Positions 55,339 to 64,000 of a stretch of 64,000 nt of DNA are shown here, one piece after another. The notes under the pieces are model-generated. The model had not been told where the DNA came from, ran no database searches, and was given only the letters and a program-made list of their open reading frames with translations. The stretch comes from an uncultured Gemmatimonadales bacterium. Its GTDB lineage: Bacteria > Gemmatimonadota > Gemmatimonadetes > Gemmatimonadales > Gemmatimonadaceae. The translations under genes and the position numbers were made by a program. The stretch covers positions 224,001 through 288,000 of the forward strand of contig CAWKMU010000003.1 in NCBI GenBank assembly GCA_963850905.1, read 5' to 3'. The stretch's first letter is position 1. Each line of letters opens with the position of its first letter.

Positions 55339-55480
55339 TCAGACTTCCTAGTTCGACGTCAGGCCAGCACCCGAAGTCGGCGAAGTTCGCCGCTTCATAG
55401 TGAGCAATCGCCGACTCCAGCCGACTTTTGTCGCGAAATCACCGACTACCGCCGGTCTTGGGACACACTTTGGACACACC
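55339..55480 (+). repeat. ~140-bp dispersed element
   Basis: Direct repeat of 57430-57573, long identical blocks. Confidence 0.93.
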
Positions 55481-55585
55481 CTAACCTGGGCGGTTGTGAC
55501 TGCTCCTGTCCTGCGGATTGCGCACCGCCCGATGCCGCCCGATGTCGCGTCAGATTGTCCCCCGAATGGTGACCGGACGGCGTTG

Positions 55586-57103
55586 CTACACCCCTGCGGG
55601 CATCAGCTTTTCAACGACCTCGTCGATGCTGAAGCTGGCCGGCCGTTGTCGGATCGGGAACTCCTTCAGAGATTCCAGCCACTTGCTGACAAGGACTTGG
55701 GCCGGAACCATGAGGAAGCTGCGGTCGGCGAACCACTTGTCATAGAATAGCGTGCTGTCCTCGCCGGCTTCGAACGGATCGGACCGCAGATTGAAGATCT
55801 TGGGGATTCGCATCTGTGAGAACGGCTCACGCCAGACCGAAAGTCCTCGGGCGCGCTGCTCAGAGAAAACGACCTTCCAATCCCGCGCACGCACTGCGAG
55901 CAAGTCCCCGTCGTCGCTCCAGTAGAGGAATCCCTCGCGGGGCGATGTCTTCTCGTCGCCTTTGAGGAACGGCACGAGGTTGTAGCCATCGAGGTGCACT
56001 TTGAACGTCCTGCCGTCGGCGGCGTAGCCTTTCTTGACCTTCTCCACGAGCTCGGGCTCGCCGGCCGCCGCTGCGAAGGTCGGGATCATATCCTGCAGCG
56101 AACAGATATCGTTGATCACCCGTCCTGGCTCGATCATGCCCGGCCAGCGCATCACGCAGGGGATGCGCCAGCCACCGTCCCCCTGAGTGTCCTTTTCGCC
56201 GCGGAAGGGCGACGCGCCCCCGTCAGGCCAGGACATCTTTTCCGCGCCGTTGTCAGTGGTGAACACGACGATCGTATTGTCGGCGACGCCAAGATCATCG
56301 AGCGTCTTGAGCAACTGTCCGACGTAACCGTCCAGCTCCACCATGCCGTCGGGGTACAGGCCTAGGCCGGTCTTTCCCACCGACGCCGGCTTGAGATGAG
56401 TAAACACGTGCATGCGGGTCGGATTGAAATAACAGAACCAGGGCCTGCCCTCCTTGGTCTTGCGACCCATGAAGTCCACAGCAGCCGCGAGGAATTCCTC
56501 GTCGACGGTTTCCATCCGCTTTGTGTTCAGCGGTCCGGTGTTCTCGATTACTTGCTTGCCTACTTTACCGAACTGCGGATCGACGGTGGGGTCATCCCTG
56601 TCTGTCGCCTTACACCGCAATACTCCACGAGGGCCAAATCGCTTCCGGAAGGCAGGATCCTTGGGATAGTCTGGATTCTCGGGTTCTTGTTCGGCGTTCA
56701 AGTGATACAGGTTGCCGAAGAACTCATCGAAGCCATGCACGGTCGGCAGGAACTCGTTGCGGTCACCCAAGTGGTTCTTGCCGAACTGACCTGTCGCGTA
56801 GCCGAGCTGCCTCATGAACTGGGCGACGGTGGGATCGTCCGCGCTCAACCCGACAGTCGCTCCGGGAAGACCCACTTTCGTGAGTCCCGTGCGGATTGGC
56901 GATTGTCCGGTGATGAACGCGGCGCGGCCCGCTGTGCAGCTCTGCTGGCCGTAGAAGTCCGTGAACAGCGCCCCTTCCTTCGCGATCCGATCGATGTTCG
57001 GCGTTCGATACCCCATGATCCCGAGATTGTAGGCGCTGACGTTGAACCAGCCAATGTCGTCAGCCATGATGAACAGGACGTTCGGCTTTTTCTGGGCCGC
57101 CAC
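55586..57103 (-). CDS. Arylsulfatase (Cys-type formylglycine sulfatase)
   Basis: PNVLFIMADD, CTAGRAAFITG (CxAxR), GKNHLG, TTDNG, GEK. Confidence 0.95.
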   Translation of the reverse strand: MAAQKKPNVLFIMADDIGWFNVSAYNLGIMGYRTPNIDRIAKEGALFTDFYGQQSCTAGRAAFITGQSPIRTGLTKVGLPGATVGLSADDPTVAQFMRQLGYATGQFGKNHLGDRNEFLPTVHGFDEFFGNLYHLNAEQEPENPDYPKDPAFRKRFGPRGVLRCKATDRDDPTVDPQFGKVGKQVIENTGPLNTKRMETVDEEFLAAAVDFMGRKTKEGRPWFCYFNPTRMHVFTHLKPASVGKTGLGLYPDGMVELDGYVGQLLKTLDDLGVADNTIVVFTTDNGAEKMSWPDGGASPFRGEKDTQGDGGWRIPCVMRWPGMIEPGRVINDICSLQDMIPTFAAAAGEPELVEKVKKGYAADGRTFKVHLDGYNLVPFLKGDEKTSPREGFLYWSDDGDLLAVRARDWKVVFSEQRARGLSVWREPFSQMRIPKIFNLRSDPFEAGEDSTLFYDKWFADRSFLMVPAQVLVSKWLESLKEFPIRQRPASFSIDEVVEKLMPAGV

Positions 57104-57429
57104 GGTATCCCCCTGAGTGAATTAGACCGCACTCAGACGATACGGCGACCGTGCGCGTACTCAATTGGACCAATGTCTACATATGGCAGACCCCTGCTTG
57201 GGAACCGCAGGCGCGGCCCTTGGTGGCCGCCGCGCGCACCGAGCGTCGAGCGCACCACGCGCGCGTTCATCAGCGATGGCAAGGGGCTAATGGCTGAACA
57301 TCTTAGCCTTAGTCCTATGCGTCGACGACCACAGGACCAGCATCGGCCAATCGCCCGCGCCACCAGCGTCGTTGGTTATGTGGTCCACGTCATCGCTGCC
57401 AACGGCCGAGACTGAGCCGAGCTCGTTTT

Positions 57430-57573
57430 TCAAACTTCCCAGTTCGACGTGTCGCCGGATTGCAAAGTCGGCGATGTTCGCCGCTTTCATAGTGAGCAAT
57501 CGCCGACACCAGCCGACTATTTTCGCGAAATCGCCGACTATCGCCGATGTCCGGGACACACTTTGGACACACC
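57430..57573 (+). repeat. ~140-bp dispersed element
   Basis: tcaaacttcccagttcgacgt...catagtgagcaatcgccgac...gggacacactttggacacacc. Confidence 0.93.
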
Positions 57574-57736
57574 ACGATGTAGCGAGCTACCCGTGGTGAC
57601 GAATCGTGGTGTCGCTCGCGAGGCAAGAGCGCTTCCAGCGGGCCGCATCGATGGCGGGTGAGCTCGCGCCACAACTCGCCCGATTTCGCCACCGCGACGG
57701 ACGGCCAGCATTATGCGCGGATGGCGCAGGCGGCAG

Positions 57737-58180
57737 CTATGGTCGGGCCGTTACTTCCGGGCGGTCCGATTGAGCAGTGACCCGTTGCCGCAAGCGCCCT
57801 GCATTGGCCATTGCCGGTCCCACGATGGGCTTCCCGGCACGGTATAGGCCGATGCGCGCAACCCAGAATAGCACGGTGCCAACGACAATCAGCGCGGCTG
57901 CGATGAGGCCGAGGGGACCTAATCCTGTGAGCTCCTGCTGCAGCGTGCCCTCGCGTGGACCGTTTACGGCTGCGATGGCGAGCTGAATCGCGAGGATGGT
58001 CCCGAAAACCCACTCCCGCCACCACTTCGCAACGTGGTGTGAAAAACGCGGATGCCGATCGGCCCAGGCGTCAAATGTAAAACCTACTCTACGGAGCCCG
58101 ATACCTAGGACGCCCAGCCCAACGATCCCAAGCCAAGCCAGGAAGATGACTGATCCAAGCCACAGGACGAGATGAGTCAT
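57737..58180 (-). CDS. Hypothetical membrane protein
   Basis: Three hydrophobic segments; GAGGA upstream of ATG. Confidence 0.6.
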   Translation of the reverse strand: MTHLVLWLGSVIFLAWLGIVGLGVLGIGLRRVGFTFDAWADRHPRFSHHVAKWWREWVFGTILAIQLAIAAVNGPREGTLQQELTGLGPLGLIAAALIVVGTVLFWVARIGLYRAGKPIVGPAMANAGRLRQRVTAQSDRPEVTARP

Positions 58181-58285
58181 GCGATCCTCGAGTAGTGCTG
58201 CTTACGCGGTGCGGGCGCGTCGACATCCGCCCAAGTCACACCCCGTTGAGACGTAATCGCCACACTTTGCTTGTCGGCTTGGACA

Positions 58286-58996
58286 TCACGCCTGCCCGGA
58301 TTTCGGGTACGAGACCACGGACCGTCGCGAACGCGTGCCCATGATCAGGTCCCAGAGTGGTGACGTCACGCCATAGTCACGATCGGGATCGGTAAAGTGG
58401 TGTCGGTAATGGCGCCACTTGGTGTATCGGCCGAGCGCCGTGCGCATGCGTCGATGATGCACCGCATAGTGCACAGTGTCGTACACGAGATAGCCACCAA
58501 CGAATCCGGCAAACACCGACCCCCACAGATGCGTGCCGACGACGGCGCGAAACAGCAGGGCGAATAGGAACGCGAGTGGGACGCTCGCCCCGGGCGGTAT
58601 GACTAACCGCGATGAATCGCTCGGATACTCGTGATGCACACCATGCATGATGAAATACACGATGTGGCGCCACCCTGGCAGGTTGGGAATGGCAGCCTCG
58701 CCAGGCATGAGTCGGCCGACAACATCATGCGTTTCGCTCATGATGGCGTCAGGGGCGTGGAACAGATGCCTGTGCAGCACATATTCGACGGCGGTCCACA
58801 AGAGCAGTCCCGCCCCCACCAGCCCCGCGTCCAAGAGGGGCGGCGTCGGTGACCACCACAGCAGACCGGCAATCACAGGCACATAAATGAGATGCGGAAT
58901 CGCGGGGTGCACCCGGGTCATCCGTTCCAGCCAGTCCTGACGAAACATCCGAACCGACTCGTCCCGCGCAGAGACGAAATGTGGATTCACAGTCAT
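58286..58996 (-). CDS. Fatty acid hydroxylase / sterol desaturase family (FA2H-like)
   Basis: His boxes EYVLHRHLFH, HGVHH, HYAVHH, HYRHH; YGVTSPLWD. Confidence 0.93.
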   Translation of the reverse strand: MTVNPHFVSARDESVRMFRQDWLERMTRVHPAIPHLIYVPVIAGLLWWSPTPPLLDAGLVGAGLLLWTAVEYVLHRHLFHAPDAIMSETHDVVGRLMPGEAAIPNLPGWRHIVYFIMHGVHHEYPSDSSRLVIPPGASVPLAFLFALLFRAVVGTHLWGSVFAGFVGGYLVYDTVHYAVHHRRMRTALGRYTKWRHYRHHFTDPDRDYGVTSPLWDLIMGTRSRRSVVSYPKSGQA

Positions 58997-59029
58997 GCGC
59001 CTCACCTCACGCGAACGGGTTGTCCCATA

Positions 59030-59164
59030 TCAGCCTTCCCCCGGCATTGCGGTTGCGACGAGCACCGCGGTCACAATTAAGACGGTAGTTGCGAGCACGA
59101 GTTCCAGCGCAGCACTCCGATACGTCAACAGGGTGCGTGCCAACGGGTGCCTCCCCGAACGCAT
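59030..59164 (-). pseudogene. Probable CopD C-terminal remnant
   Basis: 44 aa ending RSAALELVLATTVLIVTAVLVATAMPGEG, directly after copC. Confidence 0.6.
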
Positions 59165-59173
59165 GACGAGCTG

Positions 59174-59611
59174 TTACCGGCCGCCTGCAACGACAAAGGC
59201 GATGGCGCCCGACGCAGGGTGACCATCCGTCGCGGCCGTTTTCCATGCGATCGTGTAGGTGCCGGGCACCACGTGTCCTGTAACGTCCGCCACGATGGGC
59301 GAGTGTGGCGCGCCGTCGCGGTGCACGGCGGACACCGTTATCGGCATTGTGCTGGCCCCCATGGACATGCTCAGCCCAACGGAGGTGATCGCGAGCTCCG
59401 GGTCTTCACTAAACCACAGCTTGATCGCCGCGGGCGGCGCACGCAGCGTGTCATTGTTAGCCGGTTCGGACTTGACGAGGTGCACGTGCCACAGGCCAGC
59501 GGGCGGAACCCCGGCCGTCGCTTGGTGACGGGTAGTGGCGGCGGCGAACACCGTGACAAGCGCCAGGATACCGGCAGCGCGCACAGTCGACGGAATCGGA
59601 TGAGCGAACAT
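59174..59611 (-). CDS. copC: Copper resistance protein CopC
   Basis: Signal peptide; HVHLVKSEP, LWFSE, YTIAWK...DGH. Confidence 0.9.
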   Translation of the reverse strand: MFAHPIPSTVRAAGILALVTVFAAATTRHQATAGVPPAGLWHVHLVKSEPANNDTLRAPPAAIKLWFSEDPELAITSVGLSMSMGASTMPITVSAVHRDGAPHSPIVADVTGHVVPGTYTIAWKTAATDGHPASGAIAFVVAGGR

Positions 59612-59825
59612 GAAAATTCCCGGCCAGATGATGGCCAACGAGGCGTTGATTACGAGCGCACGCGCCGACAGCTTGCCATGGGACGCGACAACGCGTCACG
59701 CGCAAAGCGCGTACGGATAGGTGGACGACGAGAACCCGAGACTTGCCGGTTTGAACCGCGCCCCGGTACTTCGGCCCGGCGGGCGCGTTTGCGCACCTCG
59801 CCGGAGAACCCCTATTGGTCGGGGG

Positions 59826-60248
59826 TTAGGCCCAAAGCACAGGAGGGCCGACGGGCGGCGGAAGGACGACCTGTGGCGCGGCAGGTCGAGCAGCATCTCG
59901 CACCGGTGTCGCCACGCTCGTGACGACGCGGGCCGGCACGACAGGAATGGCGACAAGCCTGCCGGCGGCCAGCGTGACCGTCGCCGGCGTGCAGCAGGTG
60001 CCATCACATCCGCTGTGCTGGCGGTGCCTCGTGGGTGCCGACCCGTCGGGCGCAACTGGTGACGGATGCCCCGCAACCGCTTGGCATTGCGCCGACCCGT
60101 CGTGCCCCATCGGCGCCATGCCCGGCATCCCAGCCATCGTCGCGCCGCCGCCTTCGGCCATTGGCATCGACGCGACGCCTGGAAGGGCGACGGCGAACCA
60201 CAGCCAGATCACGCCAGCAAATAGGCGCTGCGGCCAGGAGCGGCGCAT
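59826..60248 (-). CDS. DUF2946-like Met/His/Cys-rich leader protein
   Basis: Signal/TM, MAGMPGMAPMGH, CDGTCC, Pro-rich end LPPPVGPP; upstream of copC. Confidence 0.65.
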   Translation of the reverse strand: MRRSWPQRLFAGVIWLWFAVALPGVASMPMAEGGGATMAGMPGMAPMGHDGSAQCQAVAGHPSPVAPDGSAPTRHRQHSGCDGTCCTPATVTLAAGRLVAIPVVPARVVTSVATPVRDAARPAAPQVVLPPPVGPPVLWA

Positions 60249-60359
60249 ACGCGCAATATACACAAGTCCGAGGCGCGGGCCACAGGGCCGACGCGTGCGA
60301 CCTTGTAGCACTCCCTGGGCCTCGCGCGCTGACATCCACTCAACGACCTATTCTGCTTT

Positions 60360-61338
60360 CTACACTTCCCAGTTCGACCACACAATCCCGTGGTCCGCGC
60401 GGCGCTCCGGTGCGGTCGCGAGCGTCATGCGGAGATCGCTCCACCGCACGCGCGCTCCAAGGGCGATGAGCCGCGTCATAGGCCGTCGTGTACTCGCTCT
60501 GCACACGAAGCGCGACGCGGCGGGCTCCGCATCGGCGCGCATAGTCGGCCAGCGCACGGACCATGGGGTCCAGATCGACCTCGCGCGCGAGCGCGAGCTT
60601 GAGCACACGCAGCTCCTCACGGGCGCGTCCTTCGACGAGCGGCGCCGTGTGGCACAGCGCAAAGCCCGTGAGCTCGTCGCCGGAGTATTGTAAGACGGTA
60701 TCGCCCAGCGCCAGCTCGTCGGTCAACACGATCTCGCGCGTGAAGTCGTACCCGGGCATGAGCCGATGCACCAGCACGCGACTCGCCGCCACCACGTCGT
60801 CCCGATCGCTCTGCGGCAACCGCCCCAATAGCGGCGCCGCACGTTCGCCCGGCGCAGCATCGAAGGTCAGTGTCAACGTCAACCGGCCGGGCACGAGCCC
60901 GAGCGCCGAGTAGAACCCGATGTTGTCCATCGTCCTCGGCATCGTCTCGAGGCCGATCACCTGCGCCTCTCCTCGTCGCAACCACTCGATACCGGCGCGC
61001 ACGACCTCCTTGCCGATCCCGCCACCCTGCGCGTCAGGGCGGACCGCGAGGGGACCCATCCAGCCCTCGGTGCCCGATCGATGCGTCATGTTGAACGCGG
61101 CGATCTCGTCGCGCTCGCCCCGCCAGCACATCGCGCCCTCACCAGCGTCGTCGAGCGCGTAGCGCCAGATCGCCGGATTGAGGAACGGCACGCGCACGCC
61201 CATCATGCCATCGCGGCGATACCGCTCGGTAAACGCGTCGCTGAAGACCTGGTTGAGCGCCGGGATGTCATCGCGCCCGGCCTGATACGGCCCGTCGAGA
61301 TGTCGCACGGTCTTCCAGCTTCGCGCAATCGCCATCAC
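60360..61338 (-). CDS. GNAT family N-acetyltransferase (frameshift near 60480)
   Basis: GPLAVRPDAQGGGIG, NIGFYSALG; C-terminus continues in another frame to WSNWEV. Confidence 0.85.
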
Positions 61339-61445
61339 CGACTCCCTAGCCGCACGCGTGGACCGTCGCCGTACGCGCGGTCAGTCGTTGCCGTCGTCGT
61401 TCCGAGACCCCTAAACCCCAGACCCCAAACCCGCAGTTACGTCCC

Positions 61446-63938
61446 TCACGCTGCCGAGCTCGTCATCGCCGCCTCCGACCCGCCACCCATCGGCGCCGCG
61501 TCCGGTGGCAAGCCCACCGGTAGCTGTTCCCGATCGGTCTGCTCGACAACCGAACATCCGCGATCCTCATCGTAGCGCACCGTGACCACGCGGTCGAGCC
61601 CCTCGCGCACGTAGTCGATGTGCGTGATCAGAATCACTTGCTCGAATCGGTCGCGCAGCCGATGCAAGAGCTCTATCACATTGTGCCGTCGCACGTCGTC
61701 CAGCGACCCGAACACCTCGTCCAGGATGAGCAGCGAGAACGACTGTCCCGCTCGCTCCGCGATCATTTGCGAGATCGCCAGCCGCAGCACGAGGTGTGCC
61801 AGATCCTCCTCGCCCCCCGAAATCACGGGCTTCGGCACGCCGTCCTCGAGCACGATGACGTTGTACTGATCGTCCAGCTCCAACTCCGCATATCGGCCCT
61901 CGGTGAGGTCGCTGAGGAAGCCGCTGGCCAGCTCGGAGACCTCCGGGCGCAGTGCGAAGTTGAGATCCGTGCGCAGGTCGGAGAACGCGCGGTCCAGCTC
62001 ATCGTGCAACCGCTTGTCTCGCTGCAGCGCGTCCAGCTTGGTCTGCAACTTGTCCAGCGCGCGCCGACTGGCTTCGGCACTTTCGACCGCGGTACGCGCC
62101 GCCGCCACCTCGGAGCGCGCCGTCGCCGCCGCGATCTCCGCACCGCGCGCTTCCGCCGACGCCCGTTCGTGCTGCGTACGCGCACGTCCTGATAGGCCGT
62201 CTCCGAGAACCGGATGCTGTCCCGCCGCGTGCGCATTTCTTTCAATCGCGTCGAAGACGCCGGCCGCCGCCGCCTCGACCCGCGCCCGCTCACGCGCCAG
62301 TTGCGGCTCGCGCTCGACCAGCGCACCGAGTCGGGCAGCGCGCGCGTCCAGCGGCGAGAGTCGCTCGACCTCGCTCTTGAGATACGTATGCCGGGTCGCG
62401 TCGTACCCCGCCGGGATCGCCGCAATGTCTCGCGCCAACACCGCCTTGCGCTGCTCCTTGCTCGCCACATCCCGCCCCACCTGCTGCAGCTCCTGCACGG
62501 CGAGCTGCGTCTTCGCCAGCTTGCGCTCCAGCACCCCCACCTCTTGCGTCATCCCTTTGCGCCGCTCGTCGAGCGCGCGAACCTCCGTCGGCATCTGCTC
62601 GAGTTGCTCGAGACGCGCCCTGAAGTACGCGCCGTCCACCTGCACGGTCTCGGCCTGCTCTTCGAGCAGGTCGAGCACGCGTGCGCAAGTGGCCGCCGAG
62701 CGGTCGCGCACACGTCGGGCACTGACCTTCCTCACCCGCGCGACACGAGCCGCTCGCGCTGCTGGCGCATGTCGACGTACTGGACACGCAACGCCTGGAG
62801 CTTCGTTTCGGCCTCCTGACGGTCCCGTACCCACTCGGTGCGCCGCGCCTCCAGCTGCCCTTGTGTCTCCTCGAGCTCGCCGCGCCGCGCCTCGAGTGCG
62901 AGCGTCACTTCCTCCTCGAGCGCCGGCGCTGGCTCGAGGGTGCCGCGCCGCTCGCGCAGCCGCGCCAGCTCTTCATCGACCGACCGCTCGGTCTCGATCA
63001 GCGTCTGACGCCGTCCTTCCTCTCGATAGGACTCGTCCGCGCGCTGCAGCTCCCCCACGAGTCCCGCGTACCCAGCCAGCTCGCGGCGCAACGGCTCGAG
63101 CTCGGCCCGCGCGGTCGCGACGTCCGCCAGCTCGTCGCGTGATCCGCTCCCCGTCACGCACCAGCGACTTCTTCGTCCCGCTCCGCAATCTTGAGATCGG
63201 TCAACAACTCCTGCAGCCGGTCGCGCTCACGCTGCACGTGCTCCCACTCGGGCGTCACCGCCGACAGCGCGAGTTCGGCCGCACGCTCCCGCTCGTCCGC
63301 GTCGGCGCAGCCGCCGCTTGGCCGCCGTCCAGCCGAGCCGCGGCCTCCGCCTCGATCCGCTCGATCGTCTCGCGGTCCGGCATGCCGGCGCGCAGTCCGG
63401 CCGTCTCCGCGGTGATCAGCTTGCGCCGGTCCCGGACCAGGTCCTGCGCCGTACGCAGTTTCTCGTACCCGAGCACCCGCGACAGAAACTTGGCCCGATC
63501 CGACGGGCCCATCGCCGCCATGACGTTCAGTTCTTTCTGGGCCGTGAAGTACGTGTTGAAGAACTCGGCGCGCGTCATCCCGAGCCGCCGCTGCAGCAGA
63601 TCCGTCACGCCGGTGATCGAGTTCGCGATCGGCTGCCCGGCGCCGTCCAGATACAGCTCCGCGTTCGTCAGGCCGCGTATGACCCGATACCGGTGCCCCG
63701 CCAGGTCGAAGTCCAGCTCGACACGCACCGTGGCCCGCGACGCCGCCCGATTGTAGCGCAACGACTCTCGTGTGCCCCGGGCGGCACTGTTCCCGTAGAG
63801 CGCCCACGCGACCGCCTCGAGGATCGTCGTCTTCCCGGACCCGTTGGGACCGATGATGCCCGTCAGTCCCGAATCGAAGCTGATCCGGCTGTCCGCGTGC
63901 TGGCGGAAGTTGATGAGGTGCAGGCTGTTGAGCCTCAC
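61446..63938 (-). CDS. SMC family ATPase (SbcC/Rad50-like; several frameshifts)
   Basis: NFRQH, GPNGSGKTT, zinc hook CPTC, ISGGE, LILDEVFGSLD, ILITH. Confidence 0.92.
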
Positions 63939-64000
63939 GCCTCCCCCTCCCCCGCATCGGACGCCACCGCGGCGACACTCACCGCCTCGGCTTCGGCGAG
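63935..64000 (-). CDS. C-terminus of upstream gene (possibly SbcD-like nuclease, by context)
   Basis: LAEAEAVSVAAVASDAGEGEA*; stop overlaps the SMC GTG start (GTGA). Confidence 0.45.
   Translation of the reverse strand, partial: LAEAEAVSVAAVASDAGEGEA

Noticed and set aside
55339..55360. tRNA fragment (AGTTCGA T-loop-like) at the start of the 140-bp element
   Set aside because: No T-stem pairing, acceptor stem or CCA recognisable
58255..58285. Possible further copy of the 140-bp element end (cacactttg...ttggaca)
   Set aside because: Match too short and interrupted to support
61446..64000. SMC ATPase as a Wadjet/Lamassu defence system
   Set aside because: Zinc-hook CxxC and housekeeping context fit SbcC/Rad50; no defence partners visible

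Overview
High-GC bacterial window. Gene content and order (ABC permease, ccmEFH, glpK, recF-dciA-gyrB, ligA, folE, SMC/SbcC, ADOP permease, kinase-TPR protein) suggest Gemmatimonadota; this is an inference. Many genes, including essential gyrB and ligA, carry single-base frameshifts that look like long-read assembly errors. About 1-27.6 kb and 60-64 kb is core genome. About 27.6-60 kb is accessory: exported proteins, a peptide/D-amino-acid hydrolase cluster, MFS, CocE hydrolase, Ser/Thr kinase, arylsulfatase, fatty-acid hydroxylase and a degraded copper locus. Non-coding structure is rich. (i) A ~140-bp element occurs three times in direct orientation (43605, 55339, 57430), ends in GGACACAC-N3-GGACAC, and with a related 19-bp site brackets unrelated cargo genes, resembling recombination sites of an integrase-less cassette array. 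(ii) Twelve GTAG-type REP palindromes are all on the + strand, four in a 4x111-bp tandem array. (iii) A hairpin element flanked by inverted heptamer arrays recurs, and heptamer tracts lie inside coding genes. No rRNA, tRNA, CRISPR array, transposase or integrase was recognised.
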